Notes: generated by a model from the sequence alone, not told the origin. A DNA stretch of 63,346 nt, filler included, from Octopus bimaculoides (GCF_001194135.2; 7 parts of 7 records of this genome joined end to end with filler, not necessarily neighbours in it); one strand, 5' to 3'. Positions 1-13,028 are shown, counted from the first letter of the whole stretch. Numbers and translations are program-made.

Positions 1-287
1 GTTGACTTTCCTGCTAATGGACTGATTATATCCACCAAGAAGCGGCTCAGTGGATGACATGCTGAACCCCTACAGCTCACTATAGGTCTTAGTGGAATAC
101 CTTCCTTGTGAATCTTAGGGAGACCGTACATGTGTGGTAGTTTACTGTAGTGTTGAGTCAGCTGTCTATACTTCATTGGTGTGAAGTGATCCTTGTTCTT
201 GATCAAGATCTGTGACAACTTCCTCTCTGTTTTCAGAGTTGGGTCTTTCTTTACTCTACTGTAGCTACCATCACTTATAAGACTGGC

Positions 288-345
288 CAAATGTAGATAA
301 TGTAAATAATGTAAATAATTCCTCATCTCTTAAATATAGAACTGA
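288..345 (+). repeat. 3' tail fragment of the hammerhead-bearing repeat family (other copies at 36513-36765 and 46478-46697)
   Basis: CAAATGTAGATAATGTAAATAATGTAAATAATTCCTCATCTCTTAAATATAGAAC matches the reverse complement of the ends of both longer copies. Confidence 0.55.
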
Positions 346-363
346 AATATAAAGAATGTTTGG

Positions 364-1290
364 ATGCTGGAGAAGAGAGAGGTGTTGGATCATCTGTTTG
401 AGGAGAGTGGTATGCAGATAGCTGTAATCCAAGAAAAGAGGATCTTACACGATGAACCCATGAAGAGAGAGATGATTGGAAAGAGGAGCCAGCTGATCAG
501 GAGTGAGGGACATGGCTGGTGCTGCAGGACGAGGAGTGGGTTTTGTGTACAGTGCTGCAAAAGCCAATCTGTTAGTGAAGGAATTAATACCTGTCTGTTG
601 AGGGTGACCTTCAATGGAAACCCAAGGCTTACAGTCATCTCAGACTATAGTCCAACTGAGGGGGGGGGACATTGATGCGAGTGCAGAGGAGTTCCATGGG
701 GAACTGTGTAGAACTGTTGACCCTACACCAGCTCATAACATCCTGCTTGTTCTGGGTGACATCAAAGCTCATCTGAGTAAGAAGTGCAGTGAAGATCCTT
801 GTTGGTACTTCCATAACAACACCAACCGAAATGGGAGACTACTGAGGGAGACCCTGCAGGAAGTGAACTTGATGGCAACCGACCCAAGGTTTAGGAAGAA
901 TCCGGGGAAAATGTGGACCTACATTCCTGATATGCGTCTGTCCAAGTCCCAGATGGATTTCATTCAGGTGAGGAAGAAGTGGCGGAATACAACTATTTCG
1001 GTACACTGGGCAGTGACCACTGGCTTGTTATGAGTGAGGTCCAGGTGAGCTTAAGAAAGAGCAAAGCTCAACCCTGGAGAGCAATCAGCTTTCAAGGTAG
1101 ATGATGAAGTACCCTAGATGTACCCACTAGAAGTGAGGAACAAGTTCAGTGCTGTGTGTGGAGAGGTAGAGGAGGAGAGAAAGGTTGGAGGGACTGAGAA
1201 GAGTGTGACGATGAGGTCTGGGTACTTCACCAAAGCAGTGGCAGAAGCAAGTGAGGTCCTGGGGCCGAGGAGAGAGAAGAGGAGGAGGAG
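364..1290 (+). mobile_element. Degenerate RTE-clade LINE, AP-endonuclease region
   Basis: Frameshifted APE motifs: IAVIQE, TVISDYSPTEG, LLVLGDIKAHL (GDFNAH), NRNGRLL, RFRK..MWTY, SQMDFI. Confidence 0.85.
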
Positions 1291-1394
1291 GAATGTGAGC
1301 TCTGCAGACCCAAAAGTGTGTCCCTTGTTCCCTTATCTGGTGGTCATTATGGTAACTAGGGATAGATGAATGGTTGGTGAGAGCTGTACAAACC

Positions 1395-2095
1395 ATGTAC
1401 AGGGATGATGTCAGTAAGATGAGGGTCGGTAATGAGTATAGTGAAGAATTCCGGGTAGATGTAGGGGTTCACCCTCAGCCCCCTCTTGTTCATCATAGTC
1501 CTCAAAGCAATAACAGAGAAATTTAAGAGTTTGCCCCTGGGAGCTCGTCTATGCTGGTGACCTTGCTCTAATAGCTGAGTCACTGCCAGAACTAGAGAAG
1601 TTTCAAGTGTAAAAGCAAGGTCTAAAATCGAAGGGCCTTAGAGTCAATCTAGCAAAAACCAAAGTCTTAGTATATGGGAAGGCAGACAAACCACAAATTC
1701 CTCCAGGTAGATGGCCCTACTCGATCTGTAGGAAAGGCATACGTAGAAACTCCATATGATGTACCTGGTGTGAGCTATGGACACATAAGAGGTGCAGCAA
1801 TATCAAAGGAAGGTTAATTGGGAAGATAAATTTTGTGTGTGACAGATGCACAGAGACAATAAAAAATGAAGATGTACAGAAAACAGATTCCATCACATGC
1901 CAGGGAGAAAAACTGGAAGTAGTTGATAGCTTCCATTACATAGGTGACCAAGTCAGTAGCAGTGGGTGGGGATGCTCTGAGAGCATAGCTGCTAGAATAA
2001 GAATAACTTGGGAAAAGTTCAGAGAACTCCTACCTCTACTGGTAACAAAGGGTGTCTCACTCAGAGTGAAAGGTAGACTGTATGACACATTTAGG
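1395..2095 (+). mobile_element. Degenerate RTE LINE, reverse transcriptase C-terminal part
   Basis: KMRVGNEYSEEFRVDVGVH..LSPLLFIIVL; GLRVNLAKTKVL; GEKLEVVDSFHYIGDQVSS..CSESIAARIRITWEKFRELLPLL..LRVKGRLYD. Confidence 0.85.
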
Positions 2096-2411
2096 TGGCA
2101 AATATACTTCATGATATATATATATATATATTTAGAAACACACACACAAAGAGAAGATATATACATTTATATATATATTTTATTGGGTGGGCTGTAGGTT
2201 GACTTCATTGACCCCACTGTCTGACTGGTACTTTCTTTATCGACCCTGACAGAATGAAAAGCAACGTCGATTTTGGTGGAATGTAAACTGAGAGTGCAAA
2301 GATGGATGGAATGTCGCTAAGCATCTTGTCCGATTTGCTCCTGACTCTCCTAGCTTGCCACGGCAGAGCTGCTAGCACACTGGGAGAAATGATCAGCAGT
2401 ATTTCGTTCGC

Positions 2412-2633
2412 TGGCACAAACGTTAGCACGCCGGGCGAAATGCTTAGCGGTATTTCGTCTGCCACTGCATTCTGAGTTCAAATTCCGCCGAGGTCGACTT
2501 TGCCTTTCATCCTTTCGGGGTCGATAAATTAAGTACCAGTTACGCACTGGGGTCGATAAAAATCGACTTAATCCGTTTGTCTGTCCTTGTTTGTCCCCTC
2601 TGTGTGTAGCCCCTTGTGGGCAGTAAAGAAATA
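2412..2633 (+). mobile_element. Young, slightly 5'-truncated tRNA-derived SINE (family 1, octopus OK/OR-like) nested in an older copy of the same family
   Basis: Core GTCGACTTTGCCTTTCATCCTTTCGGGGTCGATAAATTAAGTACCAG; 14-bp TSD AGTATTTCGTTCGC at 2398-2411 and 2634-2647. Confidence 0.9.
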
Positions 2634-3506
2634 AGTATTTCGTTCGCCTTCATATTCTGAGTTCAAATTCTGTCTACCAAATCCACTCACAAGGCTTTGG
2701 TCGGCCCGAGGCTATAGTACAAGACACTTGCCCAAGGTGCCATGCAATGGGATTGAACCCAGAACCATGCAGTTGGGAAGCAAGCTATACAGATATACAC
2801 ACATATTCTTTTATTCTTTTACTTGTTTCAGTAATTTGACTGCGGCTATGCTGGGGCTTCACCTTGAAGTGTTTTTGTCAAACAATTCGACCCCTCCCCC
2901 TATGTAGTTATTCTATCAGTCGCTTTGCCGAACCGCTGGGTTATGGAGACATCAATACACCAACACCTGTTCTCAAACGCTGATGAGGGGACAGACAGGC
3001 ACATACACACATGTTTATATTTGTTTGTGTGTCTGCTGTGTTTGTCCTCTGACCATCGCTTGATAGCCGATGTTGGTTTGTTTACATCTCCATAACTTAG
3101 AGGCTCTGCCTGTAAACATTCAGTGGCGCTCAACCTGTGCTACCACTATATGAATGGTAGCAGAAATTCTGATAGCCAAGTTCATTGGAGGACCTCCTGG
3201 CCAAGGCCAAAAGATCTCCTGCACAAGATAAGGCATCCCGTTGAGCCAAGAATTGTCTGGTTGTTCACAGTTGTAAAAAAATCCATGTGATGTGCTGTGT
3301 ATCATGAAAAACAAAGTTCCCCAAAACAGTGACTGTCTTAGAGTGTATCTTGAGTGAGGGTGACATCATGCTACCCCTCAGGGCTTTTGGGTCAATTCAG
3401 ACGGTTATGTGGAGACTCTGTTGAAACCCTGGCAGGAGAAATTTCTGCTGGAATGCCATGTGTGGCACACACACACACACAAACAAGCAAGCGCGCCTGC
3501 ATGTGT

Positions 3507-4149
3507 ATTATTCAGATTAATTTGTGTCCTATTTTCCAATATTATTTCAATTCTCCTCAAAATATATTTATCACAGATTTTTACGAGTATTTGGTATCTC
3601 TATTTTTCTCCTCAATTTATGTTTGTCATTTTGAGAGTTCAATAAATTTTACCATTTTTCAGGAAAATGAGGTTGGAGTGTCAAAGAAGATCGATAGAAG
3701 GATTGCATCCATGAAGATTCATGCCAGTTCATTAGGGAATTGAACCAGCAAATGGGAGATTCTCATCATATCGTCACCAATCACCTATACGCTATGGGTC
3801 AGGTTCAGAATCTTATTGCATGGATGCCATACGGTCTGAACAAAAGAGACAAACTCCAGGCTGCCCATGGAGACAGGCCGAGATTTCTTTACCTCATTGT
3901 CGCTCTCCAACAGTCTGCAAGGCGTTTCGTTCAACTACGATACGAAGTTGAAAACATGGCTCGATGAATTCTTCGATTGCAAGACCAGGAAATTTCTACC
4001 ATCAGGGCATTGAGAAGCTAATAAAATATTGGTAAGGAGTTGTGATCAACGAAGGAGAATACTTTATTCACTGATTTGATAGAAATTATGGATGGAAAAC
4101 TATGGATTAAAATAAACGGGGATAAAAATGAACGAATTTATCTGATAAT
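3507..4149 (+). mobile_element. Internally deleted mariner element
   Basis: Remnants HLYAMGQVQNLIAWMPYGLNKRDK and KTWLDEFFDCK...FYHQGIEKL..EGEYFI; imperfect TIRs ATTATTCAGATTAATTTG / GAATTTATCTGATAAT. Confidence 0.75.
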
Positions 4150-4510
4150 GCGATGTGTGTGTCTATTATACACGTTGTCTAATCTCTTCAGCTAGCGATC
4201 TAAATGTATTTGAATATAAGTATGTGTGTATGTGTAAACATCAATGTTAATGTCGAAGATATAGGGAAACACAAACGCACACATACCTGTGTTGGCGTAA
4301 TGATATTGACCAGGGAAGGCGGTGAGCTGGCAGAAACGTTAGCACGCCGGGCGAAATGCTTAGTGGTATTTCGTCTGTCTTTCAAATTCCGCCGAGGCCG
4401 ACTTTTCCTTTCGTTTTTTCGGGGTCGATAAAAATCTCAGGCCTTGTACCTAGGGTAGAAAGGAATATTGGCCAAGGGAGATAATTCCCCATATATATAT
4501 ATATATATAT

Positions 4511-5063
4511 ATTATTTAAAATTATAATACAGGGTATCAAGAGATACCACCACGCTGAAAAAATAGCAGTCAAATCCTGACTCTAAAACCACAATAAATG
4601 TCCGCATGGCACGACTAGCGAAGACGAAGACCAAATGAACCAGTAAAAATAAGATAATTCCAAATCCTGGATTTCTGGCTTTGCATAAATAATAATGCTC
4701 TGCCTTCATCAGTAGAATATACTCCAGTACATAAATACAAATACATGTATATAAACAGTATACTTACATATACGGACGTATACATACTTATATATGCACG
4801 TATGCACACGACTAGCTTAAATAGCCCGCCTAAATAACCTTTCATGCGATCCGGACAGAATATCAGCGCAGTAAATACACTGATAAAATTAATTTATATA
4901 AATAAGGACAAGATCGATATTTAAAATATTGATCTTATCAAGTGGTCAGCATAGAAATAAAAACCATCAAAGGTAATAATTATTTAAAATTATAATTGTG
5001 GTTTTAGAGTCAGGATTTGACTGCTATTTTTTCAGCGTGGTGGTATCTCTTGATACCCTGTAT
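4511..5063 (-). mobile_element. Penelope-like or retrozyme-like element with a hammerhead motif and a perfect 69-bp inverted repeat
   Basis: 4527-4595 is the exact reverse complement of 4995-5063; 18-bp direct repeat ATTATTTAAAATTATAAT at 4511-4528 and 4979-4996; hammerhead core at 4657-4718. Confidence 0.6.
4657..4718 (-). ncRNA. Type I hammerhead ribozyme motif (variant)
   Basis: Minus strand: ATTCTA-CTGATGA-A-GGC aga GCAT tattattt ATGC aaa GCC-A-GAAA-TCC a GGA-TT-TGGAAT. Stems I, II and III can all pair, but an A.A apposition closes stem II. Confidence 0.6.
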
Positions 5064-6699
5064 CTCGAATTATGTTGATATCTCTTAAATCCAGATAAAT
5101 GTGATGGAAACCAAGCCAACCGTGACTGCCACATCATTTCCAGTACATATAATCATTAGTAATACTTATATTTTCTCCAACTACACAACTTTCCATCATC
5201 ACTTATATTCGGTCAATACAGATAATGGTGTATTTATGTCTTCAACTTTTATTTCTAATGATTATTCTGCAGTTTAAATGTTGATCTTAATTGTAAAATA
5301 AACAATCTGTCTTAATATCAGTTTTTTATGCTTGTGAATATATTTTGTAGATTTAAGCTTAATTAATCAGTATTGCTGTGATTATCTTTTTCAGTTTCTA
5401 ACAAACATTACTATATATTGTGACACACACATACTATAACACCTCATAGTATACAACACATAGTGAGATGTTGAATGAAATACAGAAGATGTTTGTGAAA
5501 TTATTACCAAAATATGTTTCTAAGTGAGTGTGTCAATGGTTTGTCTATGAATGAATGTGAGAGTTTGTGACTGAGTTATGTTACACCTAGAAATAAAAGA
5601 CCGTCCACTTGGTATCAGAACACACTCTAGTCCCTCATCACTGTTTGCCACCAGCCAATGTTTATATCTTGTCTATATTCCTATATATAATATATTAGAC
5701 CTGAAGGCATANNNNNNNNNNNNNNNNNNNNNNNNNNNNNNNNNNNNNNNNNNNNNNNNNNNNNNNNNNNNNNNNNNNNNNNNNNNNNNNNNNNNNNNNN
5801 NNNNNNNNNNNNNNNNNNNNNNNNNNNNNNNNNNNNNNNNNNNNNNNNNNNNNNNNNNNNNNNNNNNNNNNNNNNNNNNNNNNNNNNNNNNNNNNNNNNN
5901 NNNNNNNNNNNNNNNNNNNNNNNNNNNNNNNNNNNNNNNNNNNNNNNNNNNNNNNCCCAACACTTGACTTTATTTTACCAACCACACCAAAGGGATGAAA
6001 TGCAAAGTTGACCTCAACAGAATTTGAACTCACAGCACACAAAATAGTTTAACAATTTCTTACACAGTTTCCAATAATATCTAATTATAAAAATATAACC
6101 AGATTTTTGAAACATTGAATGGCTCTGAAGATTCACCCAAGAAAAATAGGAATTAAAAGAGTCCACAGGTACAAAATGGTTGAGGACCACTTGTTTAGTG
6201 CAACAAGTGCCACTAATCCCGTAATTATTAGGATGGAGGGTAGTATAGAGTTACCTTCATCTGGATGTGCAGCTAAAGAGCTGAAAGGCTTCATCTGTCC
6301 TGGGTCCGTTGGGGATGTCTCGGATGTATCTAGTATGTGAATAGGAATTGTTAACAATAAGAGCACCTGTGATATGAATTCCATTAAATGCTTGGAATGT
6401 ACCCTAGAAAATAATTGACAATTTCAGTTACCAAGGTAACCTAATCAGTAATAGAAGTGGATGCTTTGAAAGTATAGTAACTAGAGTGAGAATGGGATGA
6501 GAAAAATTCAGGGTCCTGTTTCTTTTGTTGGAAACAAAGAGGTTCTCTCTGTTCATAAAGGGTGGATTGTGATGTTGCTTGGTAGAAAATATGGAAATTG
6601 ACTAAGGAAGATGGGTGAAAATTGGAATAAATGTGGTGGACATTCTTCACTGGATCTGTGATCTTAATGGACATGAACAACCGAGCACAAATGAGCATT

Positions 6700-6930
6700 A
6701 GAGGAACCACATGTTGTGTACAAGAGAGAGGGGACTGAATCAGTTTGGACATTTGATTGAACATGTGGCAGGTGACAGAGCCAAGTGTTCCAAGTGGAAA
6801 GACATGGGAAGAAGTGGTTAAAATTGATCTCAGGAGATTTCTCTAACAAAAGCAAATGATAAATGACTGCAACAATAGTGTGACTCTGTGCTAGAGAATC
6901 TCATCTGACCTAGACAAGTATGTAAAATGA
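6700..6930 (+). mobile_element. RTE LINE 3'-end remnant
   Basis: Resembles the RTE C-terminus (FGHL..; GKTWEEVVKIDLR). Confidence 0.55.
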
Positions 6931-6942
6931 TTAACTCACCTC

Positions 6943-7028
<86 letters not shown>

Positions 7029-7254
7029 CTGGTAGAGGGGACAGGAACTGACTGAAGAAGAGACATGAGATCCCAAATTAGAAGGAGGCAGCGGAATTGG
7101 GAAATCAAGGAGAGAATGGAAAGATGTGATAAGAAGCTGATGTTGACATATCAAAGTTGATGATGGAAATGAGATGCAGAGACACAGTGGGCTGGACGAA
7201 ATGAATCCAATACATGGACATATAAAACAACACACGAAAAAAAAAAATCAATGA

Positions 7255-7440
7255 TATACGAGGGGGGAGTTTGCTGAAAAGTACCTGGCTTTAAGGGCAT
7301 CACAAGAGGCCTGATTGGAGGTCCAACCTTCCAAGTTCTTTTACATGGCTTTGAGAACCTGAAGGACCACTGCAATAAGTGTGTGAATCTGAGACGGAAA
7401 TATATTCAATAGAATCACAATTAACTGATCCTTCTGTAGT
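7255..7440. mobile_element. Mariner-derived non-autonomous fragment
   Basis: TACGAGGGG..GCTGAAAAGTACCTGGCTTT is a mariner-type terminus; remnant KDHCNKCVNLR..YIQ resembles the transposase C-terminus. Confidence 0.55.
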
Positions 7441-8097
7441 TTCTTTCAAAGCCAGAAACTTCTCAGCAGCCCCTTGTACAAACACATATTCACAAAGTCA
7501 CATGTGTATACATGTGTATACATGTATGTGGATATATATATATGTGGATACACACACACATATACACATACAAAGTGTGTGTTTAAGAACAGTTTGATTC
7601 AGCTCCACATGACGGAATTTGATGGGCATGAAAGAGACATCCACCTCATCAGACACTAAGCTCAGATGAGATGAAACATGCCTGACATACTCACAAATCT
7701 ATAAGTCTTGTGGAAACGAACCAAACTGTTCTTAAAAATACGTGTAACTTCAACCAAATAAGCTGAATGCTACTTTCTTTTGTTTCTTCACTCACTGGCA
7801 ACTGTGTACATATACAAATATATCAAGAAAAGGAGGCAGTCAGAATTTTGGATGGTTTTTATTCATTTCAATAATTATTTATTTTGGATACTTATTTATT
7901 GAAATAAATATCCAGAATTCCAACAGCCCCCTTTATCTTAATATAAATATTTAATGTATACCACATCAAACAACCTATCTATCTATCTATCTATATACAT
8001 ACATACATACATACATACATACACATATATATATATATATTTCTGAATTCTCAGTATGTTGGAGAAGCAGGATACTGCTAATCCCTATATATTTATG

Positions 8098-8140
<43 letters not shown>

Positions 8141-8406
8141 CACACATACACACACCTGTTGGATTTCTTTCAGTTTCTATTATCAAATTCGCTCACAAGG
8201 CATCGAGGCTATAGTAGAAGACACTTGTTGAACGTGCTACACAATGGTATTGAACCCAGAACCATGTGGTTGGGAAGAAAACTTCTTAAACACCCAGCCA
8301 TCCAAGCTCTTACATGCATGCACACATTACATATATATCATCATCATCATCATCATCATCGTTTAACGTCCGCTTTCCATGCTAGCATGGGTTGGACGAT
8401 TTGACT

Positions 8407-8456
<50 letters not shown>

Positions 8457-8744
8457 AACACACATGTATGCACACATAAATATATATCTACACATCTTGT
8501 CAAACAGTGATGGGGGTGGGAACAAACACAGACACAGCACACACACACACATATATTTTCGACAGGCTTCTTTCAGTTTCCATCTAGCATATCCACTCAC
8601 AATGCTTTGGTCAGCCTGAAGCCATTGTTGAAAACAGCTGCCCAAGGTGCCACGTTGTGGGACTGAACCCAGAACCATGTCGTTGGGAAGCAAGCATCTA
8701 NNNNNNNNNNNNNNNNNNNNNNNNNNNNNNNNNNNNNNNNNNNN

Positions 8745-8756
8745 TTAATTAATTAA
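8745..8756. other. Artificial scaffold linker TTAATTAATTAA (also 29875-29886, 34420-34431, 45307-45318, 51790-51801, 53673-53684)
   Basis: Identical 12-mer centred in 44N+12+44N = 100-nt gaps; gives stop codons in all six frames. Confidence 0.95.
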
Positions 8757-8867
8757 NNNNNNNNNNNNNNNNNNNNNNNNNNNNNNNNNNNNNNNNNNNN
8801 ACGCACACACACACACACATACATACAATCATACATATATTTATACGTAAATGCAGAACGTTGAGCA

Positions 8868-8904
<37 letters not shown>

Positions 8905-9797
8905 GAAGAAAATGTGAGCAAAGAGGAATTTTTTAAAGCCAAATATTTGGTACCATTCGAGAGAACTAAAGAACTCTAAAGAGCGTCATATAAACAACCT
9001 ACATCCTTCACCCCACATATGGATTCTCTTTGAAAGTTGATGCAAAAGGATAAAAAAATTAAAAAACCGATTGCCAGTACAGGTCATTGAGTACATTTCG
9101 GTGACTAAGAGTTATGGGAGTGTCTTTCCAGTGCAGGGTATGTTTATGGAAGAAAAACGAAAAAGAAATGAAAAAATCCTATTAAAAAAGCAACATCAAC
9201 AACATCGACAACAACATTAATTGAAGTTTGGTCAACAACAAAGTGGACCAATTTAATCTTTATATTATTTGGGAGGGTTGGGTAGGATAAATGAGGAAAG
9301 GAGCGCAGTTTCCTTCTACGATAGGTAAGATTAGTCTAAGTTTCAGATTTTTTTTGATTTTTTTCGAATTTAGGGTGGAGTATATACAGCATCTATTACA
9401 CACCCGATTCTTAACTGACCCTCAAATGACTCTTTTACTTACTTTTATAGAACAAACATACATTTATTGTGTTACAGACACACACCTATAAGTATCTTAT
9501 GTGCTTACACATTTAAAAACAAAACGTATTTCTGTACATGTACTCTTACGTATACGTTTAAACATATTCTTATAGGTGCACTCGCTTATACAGACTCATA
9601 ATCATATAAATGCATTCTTATATATACGTGCGCATGTAAACATAATTGTGAAGACATTTTTATCTTATTTTGTGACCTAAATTTCTGGAGAAGTCGTGGG
9701 GGCGACATCGTGACATACGGGTAGAAAAAAAAGAGAAGAATGGAGAATCTTGGCGTCTAAAATTGAGTCTCACTCTCTGTAGTTAGTCTCATCTAGA

Positions 9798-9860
9798 GAA
9801 GAAGAAGAAGAAGAAGAAGAAGAAGAAGAAGAAGAAGAAGAAGAAGAAGAAGAAGAAGAA
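9798..9860. repeat. (GAA)n microsatellite; further (GAA)n at about 32196-32213 and 33540-33585
   Basis: Direct reading. Confidence 0.95.
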
Positions 9861-11634
9861 ACGACTCCGATACTGGTGTCCCGAAGTGATGAAAGGCAAA
9901 TTTGACACCTCGGTGGGATTTGAACTCAGAGAGCCGGAACGAATACCGCAGTTAGTCTATCTAACGCTCTGGCGACTCTACCAATTGGTCGCCTTAAACT
10001 GATTGGGTTAAATCCAGATCCGAGGAAACTGGCGAAGGTCTGCAACGGCAACATTTAATTAGATAAAGAGGAAGCTTGAATGGAATATCGGTCAAATTCA
10101 ATTCCCGTGAGCAGTAGGACGTCTACATCAGTGGAACCGATTCAGCATTGCACGAACTCTTCTTTCTACATATGTTCAACCACAAACATATACTCATATA
10201 TACATAGATGTACATACACGTGAGTATATTTTGTGTATTGTCGTCGTCACTGCCAGCAACAACAACAACAACAACCAGCCAGCCATCATCATAACCACTA
10301 TCACCATTAGCCATCATCATGACCATCATCAGTAGCTGCAGCCAACTCTTAGTGAGAGTTCGGGAGAATCCATCGAACGATATGGAGATTTTTAAATTGC
10401 CAGTAGGATCTCCTATTCTTTACGATGTCGTTGGCACTGTCAGTGGTGCCTACGATCCTATCACAACGCAGCGTAACCGATTTAGAGAGAGGGAGAGAGA
10501 GAAAAGGAGAGAGGGAGAGAGGGAGAGAGAGAAAAGGAGAGAGGGAGAGGATGAGATAGAGAAAGGGAGAGAGGAAGGGGGTGTGAGAGAGAGGGGGAAG
10601 AAAGAGAAAGGGGAGAGAGAGTGGGAAATGTTATATGGGTATTGGGCACAAAGTAAAAAGCTAGTGGTTAGAGTATTGTGACCGTGATCGTTAGATCATG
10701 GTTTCGATTCCCGGATAGGGCAATGCGTTGTGCTTTTGAGCAAAATACTACATATTACGTTGCGCTAATTTCCTCAGCTGTAAATGAGAAATCCTGCGAT
10801 CGACTGGCTTCCCGTTCTGGGTGAATGTTGTGATTTCGGTCACTAATATTCCATGGAAACCGAGTAACTGGCCTTATGAGTCCCAGGGCTCAAGACTGAA
10901 CTAAGTAAGGACTGGGTACGAAGGGAGCTGAAGGACGGAGAGACGGATGCATCCGTACATTTTTTGTCTTTATTTTCCATTTAAATATTTACTTAAGAAA
11001 AATTAATGTAATATCAGGATAAACTGCTTGTTTGCTTCAATCACATCAACAACGACAATAACAATAATCACAACAGCATCAACAGTAATAGACATCGATA
11101 TCTGAATGAGTAAATGAACAAAACCGAATACATACAACTTAGGCTTGTAGGATTCACTTTTAGTAAGCTTGTGCCGTGATAATGAGTCCACTGAGTCAAA
11201 CTATTACCCGGAACTAAAATACTCCGGGATATTACATGTATAAGCGTTAAAATGGAGTGGAGTGTTATTGAATAGTAGCAAAGAGGCGTTGAAAAGGTGA
11301 CAGTAAAAGAAAAAGGGCGATTGTCAAAAAAGTTTGAGAAACACTGGTTCCAAAAAATATAGATAATAAAAAATGTAGCTTCAAATTCTACAAATTGTTG
11401 GCTGGGAGTATAGCCAATTAATATCAATCCCAGGACCTACGTTGCGTTTATTTAATGACCACAGAAGGATGAAAAACAAAGGGATGTATTTATAGAGCCT
11501 TTTTGAGCCTTTTAGTTCAATACTCTATGATTTCTGACTAGAGAGACGCCACGAAATAGTAATAATAGTCAACCTTTCCGCAAATCACGCTCTACCTGCT
11601 TACAACAGGGAAGACACATTCAAAGTGTATATAT

Positions 11635-12487
11635 GTATTACATGGAAAAATGTAAGAGAAATAATATTCTTAAGATTATAAACCTGGAAAAGTAGAGGAC
11701 AAATTATTACAGTTGGAAAAGTTCAGGCAAGTTATTACATCTGGTAAAGTACAGAACAAGAAAACTTTTACTTAAAATATTGCAGCTAAGGATAAAATTT
11801 CAAATAAAATATTTAGATTTAGAAAATATTAGCTTTTATTAAAACTAAAAATTTTATTACAAGTTATTACTTCTATTTGTTATGATTTGTTACTTCTATT
11901 AATAGAAATAACTCAATTAAAATATTTTATGCACTTTACAAAAATTCATATTTTTAATTATTAATTAATAATTAGAAATTTGAAAATAGATTATAAAAAA
12001 TGATAGTAGTACATGATTAGTTAGTACAATAAATAGAATAATACAAAAATGAGTTATATATTACAGTAAAGTCAACCTATAACAACAAATTCACAGTAAA
12101 ATTTGTTGGAGTTATTGCCGCGTCTTCACATTTTTAGTCTTGAACAATGCCTATTTTTTTACATAATGAATTTGCCTACCATATATACTATTCTACTTTG
12201 CATAAAACTTTAGCTATATTGGTACTTCTGGCTCTCATTTTTTAAGTATTCTAGTGTGTCAATATTGTAACAAAATGATGGTATCTTTTTTAATTATAAT
12301 GTTACTTTGTAAATTAAAATCAAATAATTTTTGATATTCAAATTTTATCCTTAGCTGCAATATTTTAAGTAAAAATTTTCTTGTTCTGTACTTTACCGGA
12401 TGTAATAACTTGTCCTGTACTTTTCCAGATTTTATAATCTTAAGAATATTATTTCTCTTGCTCGCATTTTTCCATGTAATCCATGTT
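11635..12487. mobile_element. Foldback/MITE-like DNA element with long (about 180 bp) terminal inverted repeats
   Basis: About 11635-11815 is the reverse complement of about 12310-12487 (e.g. TTAAAATATTGCAGCTAAGGATAAAATTT); the GGAAAAGTAxAGGACAAxTTATTACA subunit is repeated inside the left arm; no TSD found. Confidence 0.75.
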
Positions 12488-13028
12488 TTTTCCAGGCTAT
12501 GCTATTATGCTAATTAATAATGTGTCGATTGATAATTTAAGATTTTACCTTATCGAAAATTGAATAATAAATTTGATAAATTTCTAAATAATATTTTGAT
12601 TTTTTTCATTTTTGTGATTGAATCATTCTCATTATTGAATTAAAGTAAAAAGTTTTAATCTAAAAAAATAAAAATAAGATTAGTATTTGAAGAGCACTTT
12701 ATTTACATTGACTCATTATGAAATTAAAAATTGGAAATAATGCTTTTAAAATTAAAAAAAGTTATTTAGATCTAAACTTGATTGGAGGCGTTACGTACAG
12801 GGACCAGTCCTTTTCAAAAATGTTAACAGATTTCAATTTGGTTAAGAACTGAATTAGCGACAAAACTCTGAAAGATACTGCTTGTGAGTAAATTGCGGCC
12901 TTAAGAATATTATTACACTACATACATACATATATTTTACACACACACACACACACATTTATATTTACATACATATATACATGCATGCACACGTAAGTGT
13001 ATATGCATGTATGTAAATACACACATAG

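Noticed and set aside
6133-6384. Minus-strand ORF with internal AG/GT pair (IPIHILDTSETSP..), superficially cadherin-like
   Set aside because: It lacks the DxNDN motif, has no partner exons, and sits among repeat fragments.
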